From positions 832,001 through 896,000 of the forward strand of contig CAWEJX010000020.1 in the NCBI GenBank assembly GCA_963809485.1: 64,000 nt of DNA, given 5' to 3'. The notes beneath the pieces were generated by a model, which saw only the letters and a list, made by a program, of their open reading frames with translations, did not search any database and was not told the DNA's origin. The position numbers and the translations under genes were made by a program. Shown here one piece after another: positions 29,472 through 41,891 of the stretch. Numbering within the stretch: the first letter of the stretch is position 1; every line of letters starts with the position of its first letter. This DNA is from an uncultured Acidobacteriota bacterium (GTDB taxonomy: Bacteria; Acidobacteriota; UBA6911).

Positions 29472-29771
29472 GGCTTTCCCGTCTTTATATCCATGTTCTT
29501 ATTCTGCCCGTATTTAGCCGATTTAGCCTTGATTTTGCTGCACAAACTCAATGTCTCATTGCTCCCCATTCGTGCATATAAGTATTGATGGAACCCGATG
29601 TAGAATCTATCAGCCGATCTTCAGAAGAACCGACCGTTGCTCCTAGCCGCTGCGCAGAGCCGCTTCAGCCTGCTTGCGCTTGGTCAATACGACTGTTGTA
29701 ACAAGAACGAGGTCCGGTGGGGATCCGATAAGTCTGGTCAAGCGATATACAAACAACCAGGAGGATAAATC

Positions 29772-30656
29772 ATGGTCCATCGTAAGGCAGGGAAAAGACT
29801 TTTTGTTCTTATGACGGTTCTGCTCCTTCAATGGGTTTTTGTCGGAGTGCTAGCGGCAGCGGAACAGGCGAAGATCGTCCAGAGCGGAGCGATCCTGACC
29901 GTCGCAGAATCGAAGAGGCTGATCGCCAAAGCAGTAGCACAGATGCCGATTGTCAAGAACGCACTCACAAACGGCATGGTCATTATCATCAAGGGAACAA
30001 CCAACGCCTACGTGGCGGAGGAGATCACTGGGCAGAAAGTCGATCATGCGGCATTTGTGACGGGAAGGATTGAGCCCGAGAAAGCAACCAAAAGACTATC
30101 CCCAGCGAAACCGGTGAACCACCTGATGCTGGAGAAGGGCAAGGTTGTCGATATATCGCTTGCCGATGCCGTGAAGAAGCTGAAAGCTGGCGACGTCGTC
30201 ATGAAGGGAGCGAACGCCCTGGACTACAGGAACAAAATGGCGGCAATCAATATCCTTGATCCCTCCGGGGGCACAACGGGAAGCACCATGCCCTTCATCA
30301 TTGCGCGCAAGGCGCACCTCGTCATCCCTGTGGGGCTTGAGAAGCTGGTTGCGGGTGACCTCGTGGATACCACCTTGAAGATGCGTGAGCCGGTGGAATC
30401 GCTGGATGTCCCCGCCGGCAGCGAGTCGTCGCCGTTCCCCGGCTCTACAATTCCCTCCATGTGGCTCGTCACGGGAGAAATCGTGACGGAGCTGGAGGCC
30501 ATCAAGATACTGACGGGCGCAACGGCCTTCCAGTCGAGCGCAGGGGGCGTCAGCGGCGCGGAGGGCGGAGTATGGATTGTTTTCAGGGGGACCAGGGAGC
30601 AGGTGTCGAACGCCCTCAAGCTAGTCCAGTCAATACAGGGCGAGCCTCCGTATTAG
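29772..30656 (+). CDS. Conserved hypothetical protein with N-terminal signal peptide
   Basis: 294 aa, GGAGG RBS; motif-like segments ESKRLIAKAV, GTTNAYVAEE, KGANALD, IPVGLEK, GGVSGAEG. Function unknown. Confidence 0.75.
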   Translation: MVHRKAGKRLFVLMTVLLLQWVFVGVLAAAEQAKIVQSGAILTVAESKRLIAKAVAQMPIVKNALTNGMVIIIKGTTNAYVAEEITGQKVDHAAFVTGRIEPEKATKRLSPAKPVNHLMLEKGKVVDISLADAVKKLKAGDVVMKGANALDYRNKMAAINILDPSGGTTGSTMPFIIARKAHLVIPVGLEKLVAGDLVDTTLKMREPVESLDVPAGSESSPFPGSTIPSMWLVTGEIVTELEAIKILTGATAFQSSAGGVSGAEGGVWIVFRGTREQVSNALKLVQSIQGEPPY

Positions 30657-30772
30657 CTCAGTTTCCCGGAAGCCCGTTTCAGGCCAAGGAGCCAGTCCGA
30701 AGGCATGGAACAGCAGAGCATCGGCTTCCCTTAGGGGGTTTAGCCATCACAGAGTCCGAGCGTCCACTGGTT

Positions 30773-31312
30773 CTAAAAGAATATGATACTGAAATATGTG
30801 ACAGTATTGGGTCCATTGTAGTATCTGACTCCGCCTGTCTTCGCTAGCTGCATTGCATTAATCCCAAAACCTTCTATTGCCGGAAACATGCGCTCGGGAA
30901 ACCGACACGGTTGGTCTGGATAAAAACACGTTCTGCAAACGATACATCCTTCTGTAGAAAGGGCCAGGATACTGTCGAATTGGGATCGAAAGATCTTTAC
31001 GACCTCTTCTGTTATGGCTTCATGGGTTATTCTGGCATCATGCCATCCCTTTACATCGTGCTTCTTCCGAAGTTGGCCTATCGAACTGAACACCAGCGCA
31101 TTGTGAAATGCGCTGCATGTATCTCTGCAATGCTCGACGCTTCCTACGCCAGGAGGACATGCCCATGATTTGCCATACATCCCACAGGCATTTTTTTCGC
31201 ACAGATCACGCACCTCATTGGAGAACACTACTTGATGCGATTCCACAAAGGCATACTCATGTATCTTAAGGTTCTCGTGGTTCTGAAAAATTATCCGTTC
31301 TATTTCTTTCAC
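30773..31312 (-). CDS. DUF2284-like predicted metal-binding protein
   Basis: CEKNACGMYGKSWACPP, GCIVCRTC..P..PCRFP, EGFGI; visibly more AT-rich than its flanks. Confidence 0.8.
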   Translation of the reverse strand: MKEIERIIFQNHENLKIHEYAFVESHQVVFSNEVRDLCEKNACGMYGKSWACPPGVGSVEHCRDTCSAFHNALVFSSIGQLRKKHDVKGWHDARITHEAITEEVVKIFRSQFDSILALSTEGCIVCRTCFYPDQPCRFPERMFPAIEGFGINAMQLAKTGGVRYYNGPNTVTYFSIIFF

Positions 31313-31648
31313 CTTTGGCGACCCCGTCCCACTAATCGCGCGATTATTTCCCGGATATGCAAAAATTCCGGGATCTGGGCACTAATAATTTTCAAAATGC
31401 ATTCTATCACTACAGAGCAGATTACTCCCCCGAAGTCCTAAAAAACCGGACAAGCGACCCGATGATCAATTCTGCCAATATGGTTGGCTGACACCAGGAC
31501 ACAAGTCGGAAAACCAAGCGTCATAATCAACCCATCGCTGCTTAGTTTCCTGCAGGGCCAATGGAGAATGTCCGCCGGAAGAACGGCAATTATGGACACC
31601 AAGCAAAATCAACGGCTGTAGGTGATTGAAAATTTGGCAGAAAAATTA

Positions 31649-31722
31649 TGGCTGGGAGACAGGGATTCGAACCCCGATCAGATGGTCCAGAGCCATCCGT
31701 CTTACCATTAGACGATCTCCCA
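31649..31722 (-). tRNA. tRNA-Gln (anticodon CTG)
   Basis: Reverse complement TGGGAGATCGTCTAATGGTAAGACGGATGGCTCTGGACCATCTGATCGGGGTTCGAATCCCTGTCTCCCAGCCA: cloverleaf, GTTCGAAT T-loop, encoded CCA. Confidence 0.97.
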
Positions 31723-31734
31723 GCATTCCAGCCC

Positions 31735-31763
31735 ATTGTAGAAAATCAGCCCCATAGATTCAA
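31735..31763 (-). promoter_or_regulatory. Sigma70-type promoter for tRNA-Gln
   Basis: TTGAAT-N17-TACAAT on the minus strand, 12 bp upstream of the tRNA. Confidence 0.65.
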
Positions 31764-32207
31764 GGTCAAACCACGGCAGGCGACGTTCACTGCGTGGAGA
31801 CAACGGCCTCCGGGAATGCCGGGCGATAGCCAAACCATTCAAGCAGAGGCGGGTCCGGCTGCAAGTTTTGATTTTGCCATGGATTTCCGGATTTCTGTCG
31901 ACGCCCGTACCCGAATTGTGATTAAATATGCTTTTGTAGTCAGGAGTTGAAGGCTCGGAGTAGTTCGTCAAATCCAGGTTTGGGAATCTGCAAATTCCGG
32001 CTCGCACAGGACAACGCTCAGGTGGGAATTCCGGGCCTACCGACGGTTCACGATGGCCGGATAGTTGTGTTCACTTGCAGGAAAATTGGCCTTTTGTGTT
32101 TTGGCTGAAACTTTATGCGACAAAAATCCACTATTATGGTGGATTTGATTTCCGGCAATCCTTAAAATTCGCTGACCCAGCGAATAAGGAAGGGGGACAG
32201 ATCACCC

Positions 32208-33242
32208 ATGAAGCACTCTGCTGAATTGTTTCTTTTTGCCCTGCTGGCACTGGCTGTAGCCTTTATCCCGAATGCGGCCGCAGACCTGAACGCCGCCGAA
32301 ACACCGCAGGATAAGCCTGCCGCGCAGGGGGAGGCGCAGGAACCAGAACCTGAGTACTCCGAAGAGGAGTACAACGCCTATGACACCGCCAGCAAGGAAG
32401 CGGACCTTGAAAAGCGCGGGGCAATGCTGCTTGAATTCATGGAAAAATACCCGAAATCAAAGCTCATGTCCTACATCGACTCAGCATACAAGGCCCTGCT
32501 TTTCGAGTGCTCCAATAATAAAAAATATGAACAGCTTGAACCTCTCGCAGAGAAGTGGCTGAAGATTCATCCCAACGAGATCCAAACCCTGGCTTACATC
32601 GCGGAGGCCTCGGAAAAGCTGGGACATGATCAAAAGTGCGTCGAGTGCCTGGAATCGATCTACAAACTGGAACCTACCCCGATCATGGCCAGGAACATCT
32701 TTCAAACCTACCAGAAAATGAAGAATCAGGCCAAGGTCCAGGAGTGGGCTGAAAAGCTTTTCCAGATGTCCGAGTACGAAAGCGATTTCATGCTGCGCTA
32801 TGAATTCGTTCTGAAATATACCGAAGCGAAAAATTACGCGAAGGCGGCCGAATACGCCAAACTCACTCTGAAATCGGCCGACTTCTTCAAGGAACCTGAT
32901 GCTGAAACCAAAGAGCAGTTGCGCAAGGTGCGCCGCGCCTGCTACCACCTGATCGGCATGAATTCCTATGAGGCCGACAAATTTGCCGACGCCATCAAAT
33001 CCCTCCAGCAGGCCCTTAAAACGGAAAAATACGGAGAAGGCTACTACTACATCGGCATGAGCCTCTGGAAGCAAGAGAAGGTGGAAGAGGCCATGCTTTA
33101 TTTCGCGCGCGCCGAGCAGCAGGGAGGCGAGATCGCGGGACAGGCCAAAGATAAGCTGGAGCAACTATACAAAGCGCTTCACAACAACACAACGATCGGT
33201 ATCGACAAGATCTACAAGAAAGCCAAGGAAGAAGTTCTGTAG
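32208..33242 (+). CDS. Exported tetratricopeptide-repeat protein
   Basis: Signal peptide, acidic linker, FMEKYPKS and repeated helical TPR patterns (YYYIGMSLWKQEKVEEAMLYFARA). Confidence 0.8.
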   Translation: MKHSAELFLFALLALAVAFIPNAAADLNAAETPQDKPAAQGEAQEPEPEYSEEEYNAYDTASKEADLEKRGAMLLEFMEKYPKSKLMSYIDSAYKALLFECSNNKKYEQLEPLAEKWLKIHPNEIQTLAYIAEASEKLGHDQKCVECLESIYKLEPTPIMARNIFQTYQKMKNQAKVQEWAEKLFQMSEYESDFMLRYEFVLKYTEAKNYAKAAEYAKLTLKSADFFKEPDAETKEQLRKVRRACYHLIGMNSYEADKFADAIKSLQQALKTEKYGEGYYYIGMSLWKQEKVEEAMLYFARAEQQGGEIAGQAKDKLEQLYKALHNNTTIGIDKIYKKAKEEVL

Positions 33243-33266
33243 GTCCGGCGCCACACGCCATATTCT

Positions 33267-33297
33267 GCGGGGGGGACGGGCTTTCCCGCTCCCCCGC
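33267..33297. terminator. GC-rich hairpin between convergent TPR gene and atpC
   Basis: GCGGGGGG(G)ACGGG-CTTT-CCCGCTCCCCCGC imperfect stem-loop. Confidence 0.5.
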
Positions 33298-33466
33298 ACG
33301 ATTCCCGACACATCTGAAGCTTGGACTCAAGTCCTCACAAAATCCCTGCCATTCCGGTTGCAGAGGTTCGCCGGGATTATTTTTTCGGATGAGCCCTGCA
33401 CCCAAAACCATGAACAGGACCGACGGATGCTTTAAAGACTGCCTCGGGCGGATCCGTTTTGCAGGA

Positions 33467-33889
33467 TCAGTGTTTGGCGTGTCTGTGCTTGACGGCGTTT
33501 AGGCGGGAAATTGCGCGCAGAAGAGCCAGTTCGGCCTTTGCGAAATCAATTCCGGGATCCTTGGACGCCAGGAGCTTCTCTGCCCTTGATTTGGCTTCCT
33601 CGGCCCTTTTGATATCGATATCCGAAGCCAGTTCAGCCGCCTGGGCAAGGATCACCACGCGATCCGGAAGGACCTCGACGAATCCCCAGGAACAGAACAG
33701 AAAATCCGTCCGGTCACCGATCACGTAGCTGATCTCGCCGATGCCCAATTGGGCCAGAAGCGGAGCATGGCCCGGGAGAATTCCGAGGTAGCCCGTTGTG
33801 GATGGAACGGTCACGGAATCCACATCGCCGCTGAACAGCTGTTTCTCAGGGGTGACAATTTCCAGATGTATCTTTTCCGGCAGTGCCAT
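33467..33889 (-). CDS. atpC: F1 ATP synthase epsilon subunit
   Basis: LEIVTPE, GYLGILPGHAPL, GFVEV, DIKRAEEAK. Start at ATG 33889. Confidence 0.95.
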   Translation of the reverse strand: MALPEKIHLEIVTPEKQLFSGDVDSVTVPSTTGYLGILPGHAPLLAQLGIGEISYVIGDRTDFLFCSWGFVEVLPDRVVILAQAAELASDIDIKRAEEAKSRAEKLLASKDPGIDFAKAELALLRAISRLNAVKHRHAKH

Positions 33890-33892
33890 ATC

Positions 33893-33961
33893 TGATTTCG
33901 AGATTTGAGATTCGAGATTTGAGACCAAAACCGCCGGCCCCGACTTGCGGATCTCGAATCC
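33893..33961. repeat. Heptamer repeats (GAGATTT/GAGATTC) with an inverted partial copy at the atpD-atpC junction
   Basis: GATTTCGAGATTTGAGATTCGAGATTTGAG ... ATCTCGAATC. Confidence 0.75.
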
Positions 33962-33965
33962 TTGG

Positions 33966-35460
<1,495 letters not shown>

Positions 35461-35465
<5 letters not shown>

Positions 35466-36318
35466 TTGCAGAGGCGGCGCCGCTGACGACCTCGATCAGC
35501 TCCTTGGTAATTCCGGCCTGTCGCACTTTGTTCGCATAAAGAGTGAGCCCGTTTATCATTTCGGAGGCGTTGTTGGTTGCAGCCTCCATCGCGGCCATGC
35601 GCGCCCCATGCTCCGATGCAGCAGCCTCGAGCAGCGCCCGGAAAATCTGAGCTTCCACGTGCTTTGGGAGCAGGTCCGCGAAAATTTTGGCCGGAGGCTC
35701 GTCATAGAGGTATTCAAGCTTGTTGGCTTGATCCGGCTCATGCAGCCGCTGAATCGGCAATAACGGCTCCACGACGATCTTCTGCCGGACCACCGACTTG
35801 AATTCGTTATAGACAAGCCAGATCTGGTCCACCTCCCCTTTTACAAAATGATCGATGAGGTCCCTGGCGATTGCGGCGGCGTCCGCAAAGCTCACCTTGT
35901 GCAAAACGTTGGTGGCCTCACTGCGCACGGCGTAGGGCCGGCGCCTGAAGAAGTCCCTGGCTCTTTTCCCCAGAATGTTCAGCTCGACCTGCTTGCCCCG
36001 ATGCTCACCGAGGAATTCGAGCGCGTTCCGGACAATATTGGTGTTGTAAGCCCCGCACAGCCCTTTGTCGGCGGAAATCACCACAAGTTCGATTTTGTCG
36101 TCCCCGCGCACCGCCAGCAGGGGGTGGGCCTGTTCAGGGACCCGCGTCGCCAGGCTGTTGAGCACCGTGAGCATCTGACGCGCATAGGGGCGCGCCGCAA
36201 TGACGCGTTCCTGAGCCCTGCGCAGCCTTGCCGCTGAAACGAATTTCATGGCGCGGGTAATCTGCTGTATGTTTGTGGCGCTGCGGATCCGCCGCCTGAT
36301 ATCTCTGATGTTCGCCAT
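35461..36318 (-). CDS. atpG: F1 ATP synthase gamma subunit
   Basis: QITRAMKFVSAA, DKGLCGAYN, SEHGARMAAM, RQAGITKELIEV. Confidence 0.97.
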
Positions 36319-36336
36319 TGGGTTGCCCGGTGACCT

Positions 36337-37866
<1,530 letters not shown>

Positions 37867-37919
37867 TTACCTCTCTCCACGAACTTAAGGGCGCTTTGGC
37901 CCGGGAGCGGCGCGTCCGG

Positions 37920-38462
37920 CTATTTTTCCGCAAGGCGCCGCCTTACTTCGGCGAGCTGCGTCCGGATGGAGCCGTCATATATCGTGCTGCCCATCCGGAC
38001 GATAACTCCTGCCATGAGGTCTGGATCCGTCTGAAACTCCATGGATACGCTTTTGCCCGTAATCCCTGCCAGTTTTTCGCCGAGGCGCGCGGCCTCCTGC
38101 CGGGACAGCGGCGCGGCCGTTGTTACCGTGGCCGAAAGCACGCCCTTGCGTTCATTCGCCTGCTTCAGGTAACTCTCAAAAATCGGCTGAAAATAGCGAA
38201 TCCGGTTGTGCCGCAGAAGAATGCGCAGGAAATTGGCAGTGACCCGGTTGACGGGATATTTCGCCATCAATTCGCCCAGCAGTCGTTCCTTGACTTCCCT
38301 CGGCACTGCGGGCGTGTGGAAAGCATCCAGCAGATCCGGAACTGCCTGGAAAATCTCGTTGTACGTTTTGAGGTCGCCGGTTACATCGGGCTCGAGGTTT
38401 TCCTCAAAAACCACATCCGTCAGCGAGCGCGCATAGCGTCCAAGGATCGCGGAAGGAATCAC
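37920..38462 (-). CDS. atpH: F1 ATP synthase delta subunit
   Basis: RYARSL, NFLRILLRHNRI, DPDLMAGVIVRMGSTIYDGSI. Confidence 0.95.
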   Translation of the reverse strand: MIPSAILGRYARSLTDVVFEENLEPDVTGDLKTYNEIFQAVPDLLDAFHTPAVPREVKERLLGELMAKYPVNRVTANFLRILLRHNRIRYFQPIFESYLKQANERKGVLSATVTTAAPLSRQEAARLGEKLAGITGKSVSMEFQTDPDLMAGVIVRMGSTIYDGSIRTQLAEVRRRLAEK

Positions 38463-39040
38463 TGTTTTTCTCCCAGCCCGGTGACAAAGCGCGCCAGCAG
38501 CCGCTTATGATCGGCGTCGGTAATTTCGCCGCGTATTTTTTCTTCGGCCAGCTTCACCGCAAGCTCCGCAGCATGAAGTTTCAGCTCCTGCCGGGCCGTC
38601 CGCGTCATTGCGTCGATCTCCTGCCGGGAACGTTCGAGGGCTTTTTCCGCATCCTGCCCCGCAGCTTCAACCAGCCGCTGATATTCTTCCCGGGCTTCCT
38701 TTTCCGAGGAATTCTTTATCTCCTGCAGTTCGTCATCCAGGTGGCTCATTCGGGATTCGATTTCGGTCAGTTTTTCTTCCGCAACCTTTCGAGCCTTCTG
38801 CGCCTCTTCGAGCTGCTCACGAATGGCCTGAGTTCTGCCGGAAAAGAAATTGGCCAGCGGTTTGCGCGTAGCCCAAACCAGCAGCCCGACCACCAGCGCC
38901 AGGTTGAACACCCGGCCGATATCAAGCCAGATTCCCCACTTATTGCTTTTTTCCGAAGCCAAAGCGTTCGCGGGAAGGGCTGCCGCCAGAGCCAGCCCCC
39001 AAAATATGAGATTATAAAGCCGGGCCTTGATATTCTTCAT
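38459..39040 (-). CDS. atpF: F0 ATP synthase subunit b
   Basis: TM helix followed by KPLANFFSGR and a long coiled coil; position in the operon. Confidence 0.9.
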   Translation of the reverse strand: MKNIKARLYNLIFWGLALAAALPANALASEKSNKWGIWLDIGRVFNLALVVGLLVWATRKPLANFFSGRTQAIREQLEEAQKARKVAEEKLTEIESRMSHLDDELQEIKNSSEKEAREEYQRLVEAAGQDAEKALERSRQEIDAMTRTARQELKLHAAELAVKLAEEKIRGEITDADHKRLLARFVTGLGEKQ

Positions 39041-39112
39041 ATAATGTTCAAAAGCGCCTAAAACGCAGCTTATTACAGGAAAACAGCTTTTAGCCTGCGC
39101 GCGACTTCAGCC

Positions 39113-39556
39113 CTAGGGAGACTTCGCGTCCGCCGCCGATCGCCCGAGAACGTTCGAGGCGATGGTCCTGGCAATCTCCTCAGCGTCCAGGGCCAGCGTC
39201 TGCTTCGCAGTCTCGACCTCAGATCGTATCGCCTCTCGGGATTCTCCGATCGCCTGCTCTGCGGATTTGCGGGCCCGCGCCAGCAGTTCCGCCCTCTTCT
39301 TCATGGCTTCTGCCCGAACCTGGTCCTGCCGGCGGTATCCTTCCATCCGGGCATTCTTGATCGATGCCTGGTATTTATTGAACAGGTCCGATTGATAGTT
39401 CAGCTTCTCCTGCGCCGCAGCCATCGTTCCCGAGGTCCTTTTTTCTCTCTCCGCCAGCACTCGAGCAAGCGGCCTGAAAAGGATGCTGTTGAGAGCCAGA
39501 ATTAGTCCGAGAAATATGATGATTGCAGGAATTAATGAACTGTCCAGACTGATCAT
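39113..39556 (-). CDS. F0 ATP synthase subunit b'
   Basis: MISLDSSLI...LNSILFRPLARVLAERE plus coiled coil; first gene of the split atp operon. Confidence 0.88.
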   Translation of the reverse strand: MISLDSSLIPAIIIFLGLILALNSILFRPLARVLAEREKRTSGTMAAAQEKLNYQSDLFNKYQASIKNARMEGYRRQDQVRAEAMKKRAELLARARKSAEQAIGESREAIRSEVETAKQTLALDAEEIARTIASNVLGRSAADAKSP

Positions 39557-39614
39557 GGGTATTGCCAAAGTGCCGAAAACAGACTGCGCATCGGCCCGTT
39601 TTTGAAAGATAATC

Positions 39615-39644
39615 AAGCTATCATAGGATTTCCCCGCCCGTCAA
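39615..39644 (-). promoter_or_regulatory. Putative sigma70 promoter of the atp operon
   Basis: TTGACG-N18-TAGCTT with extended -10 TGn on the minus strand. Confidence 0.4.
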
Positions 39645-39774
39645 GAATTTTCACCCCCCCTTAAAACCCGTATAGCTAGAAATCTCAATAAATTAGGCAC
39701 GATCAAGCAGATCCCGCAGGCCGAAGCGAATACGGAGATGTGATGGCAACGGCTAGCGATGATATATTGGTACC

Positions 39775-41160
39775 ATGTCTAAATCCCTTATTTGGATCGG
39801 CCTGGCCGGATTTGCCCAGGAACTGATATGGATAGCCATCCTGTCACTGGGCCCTCTGAGGGAACACACGGAATCATTTCTGGCTCTGATTCTGCCCGCA
39901 TTTATCCTTTGCATCTGGGCCTATTTCCGGCTGCCTGTCGGCACCCGGCAGGCTGCCTGGATGGTGCTGGGATTTGCTTTGATTTTCCGCGTTACCCTGG
40001 TGGGGGCCCCTCCCTACCAGAGTGAAGATGTCTACCGCTATATCTGGGATGCCCGGATAGGCGCCATGGGCATCAATCCCTATGCATTTCCTGCGGATGC
40101 GCCGGAACTTGAGAATGCCCGCGATAAGATTGTCTACCCGATGATCAATTCCAAACCATATGTAACGGCTTATCCCCCTTTATCGCAGGTGGTTTTCCGT
40201 GCCAACTATGCGCTTTTTGGCGTGAATGTTACGGCAATGAAGGCCATGTTCAGCCTGTTCGAGTTCCTGGCTGTCCTTGTCGCCTGGAGGCTGCTGGTCT
40301 CATGGGGACGCAGCATCCGACCTCTGATCCTCCTGGCATGGAATCCCTTCTTCATTTTCGAATTCTCGCATTCGGGTCATTCCGACAGCCTTATGATGCT
40401 CCTGCTGTTGCTGTCCATTTACCTGCTTGCCCGTTTTAAAAAAGCGTGGGCGATGGTGGGGTACGCGGGAGCGGTTCTGGCTAAGCTGCATCCGGCTTTA
40501 TGGTTTCCGCTGTTTCTCAGGCGCACCGGATGGAAACCGGCGCTCGCAGGCCTGGCTGCCGGTGCCGGTCTTGTGCTTGTGTACTTCAGTTTTGATTCTC
40601 TGCTCCGTTATTTGAATTCCCTCGGACTGTATTTCCGCCTGTTTGAGTTCAACGCGAGCATTCATTACCTGATACGCTTCATCGGCCAGCGGGCCTTCCA
40701 GGAATCCTGGGATAAAGCCATAGGCCCTTACCTCGGCGCCGTTCTTGTTCTGATATTCGTGCTCGTAGTCTGGAAATTCCCCATCCGCGATGCCCGCGGC
40801 GTATTGCATGCAGGATTCTGGATCATGACGGCGGATCTCTGCCTGGCTACGACAGTGCATCCCTGGTACCTCTCCTGGGCTGCGCTGGCCCTGCCTTTCT
40901 TCCCCTATGCTTTTATGGTGTATTGGACCGGCGCCGGTTTTCTGTCCTATCTCGCATACTCCTTTCATCCGGTTTATGAACCGGCATGGGTGCTGCTCAT
41001 TGAATATATCCCTGTATACGGATTGATGGGCTGGGAGATATGGCGCCGTCGCCCGTTGATGGAGGTCTGGCTTCCAGCAGGTGCCGCGAAGGAGGGGGAG
41101 AAAGGATCAAAGGATCAGAGGATCAAAGGATCAGAGGGGAAACAGCATGGCGGGCATTGA
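39775..41160 (+). CDS. GT-C fold membrane glycosyltransferase (GT87/DUF2029-like)
   Basis: SEDVYRYIWD, GINPY, TAYPPL, AWNP...EFSHSGHSD, FEFNAS, TVHPWY; many TM helices. Confidence 0.8.
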   Translation: MSKSLIWIGLAGFAQELIWIAILSLGPLREHTESFLALILPAFILCIWAYFRLPVGTRQAAWMVLGFALIFRVTLVGAPPYQSEDVYRYIWDARIGAMGINPYAFPADAPELENARDKIVYPMINSKPYVTAYPPLSQVVFRANYALFGVNVTAMKAMFSLFEFLAVLVAWRLLVSWGRSIRPLILLAWNPFFIFEFSHSGHSDSLMMLLLLLSIYLLARFKKAWAMVGYAGAVLAKLHPALWFPLFLRRTGWKPALAGLAAGAGLVLVYFSFDSLLRYLNSLGLYFRLFEFNASIHYLIRFIGQRAFQESWDKAIGPYLGAVLVLIFVLVVWKFPIRDARGVLHAGFWIMTADLCLATTVHPWYLSWAALALPFFPYAFMVYWTGAGFLSYLAYSFHPVYEPAWVLLIEYIPVYGLMGWEIWRRRPLMEVWLPAGAAKEGEKGSKDQRIKGSEGKQHGGH

Positions 41161-41272
41161 TCCGATTATGGATTGCGCCGTTTGCTTCCAGACGCGGGTG
41201 CCGAGAAGGAGGAGGGATGAAGGATCAGAGGATCAGAGGGGAAGCGGCATGACGGGCATTGATCCGATAATG
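41070..41272 (+). repeat. Imperfect tandem duplication (~100 and ~90 bp) with AGGATCA(A/G) octamers
   Basis: Copies at 41070-41170 and 41184-41272 share GCTTCCAG..GGTGCCG.GAAGGAGG..AGGATCAGAGG..GCATG.CGGGCATTGATCCGAT. Confidence 0.85.
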
Positions 41273-41339
41273 AGTGGCACCCTTTGCTCCTTGAATCCTC
41301 GGCCCCTCCAATTGCGGGCCGGCAAGCGAATCAGACGCA

Positions 41340-41891
41340 TTACTGACTGCGCCTAAAGATCAGGTTGAGGAATTCATTACGCGTTTCGGCAGAGCGCCGG
41401 AAGTTCCCGAGCATCGAGCTGGTGGTCGCTCGGGAATTCTGTTTTTCAACCCCACGCATCATCATGCACATGTGCTGAGCCTCGATGACGACGCCGACAC
41501 CGAGGGGTTTGATTTTTTCCATAATGGTTCTGGCGATCTGGGTAGTCAGGCGCTCCTGAACCTGCAGCCTGCGGCTGTACATTTCGATAAGCCGGGCGAT
41601 TTTGCTGATCCCGATTACCTTCTTATCGGGAAGATAACCGACATGGCATTTCCCGAAGAATGGCAGCATGTGGTGTTCGCACATGCTGAAAAAATCGATG
41701 TTCGACACAATCACCATTTCGTCGTACTGAACATCGAAGAGAGCGTTGTTCAGAAGCTCATCCGCATTTTGGTTGTAGCCGCTGGTCAGGAAGCGCAGAG
41801 CCTGTTCCACACGGTGCGGAGTGCCCTTGAGCCCCTGGCGTTCCGGGTCCTCCCCAATATCTTCAAGCACTTTACGTATCAGTTCTTTCAT
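41340..41891 (-). CDS. folE: GTP cyclohydrolase I
   Basis: [51 protein letters not shown]. Confidence 0.97.
   Translation of the reverse strand: MKELIRKVLEDIGEDPERQGLKGTPHRVEQALRFLTSGYNQNADELLNNALFDVQYDEMVIVSNIDFFSMCEHHMLPFFGKCHVGYLPDKKVIGISKIARLIEMYSRRLQVQERLTTQIARTIMEKIKPLGVGVVIEAQHMCMMMRGVEKQNSRATTSSMLGNFRRSAETRNEFLNLIFRRSQ

Noticed and set aside
31320-31648. Possible integrase remnant next to the tRNA
   Set aside because: No tyrosine-recombinase motifs (HxxR, LGH, Y) readable in any frame; GGACAC motifs may be arm-type sites but cannot be supported.
31648-31950. 100-aa ORF (MAGRQGFEPR...)
   Set aside because: Antisense translation of the tRNA-Gln gene and its promoter.
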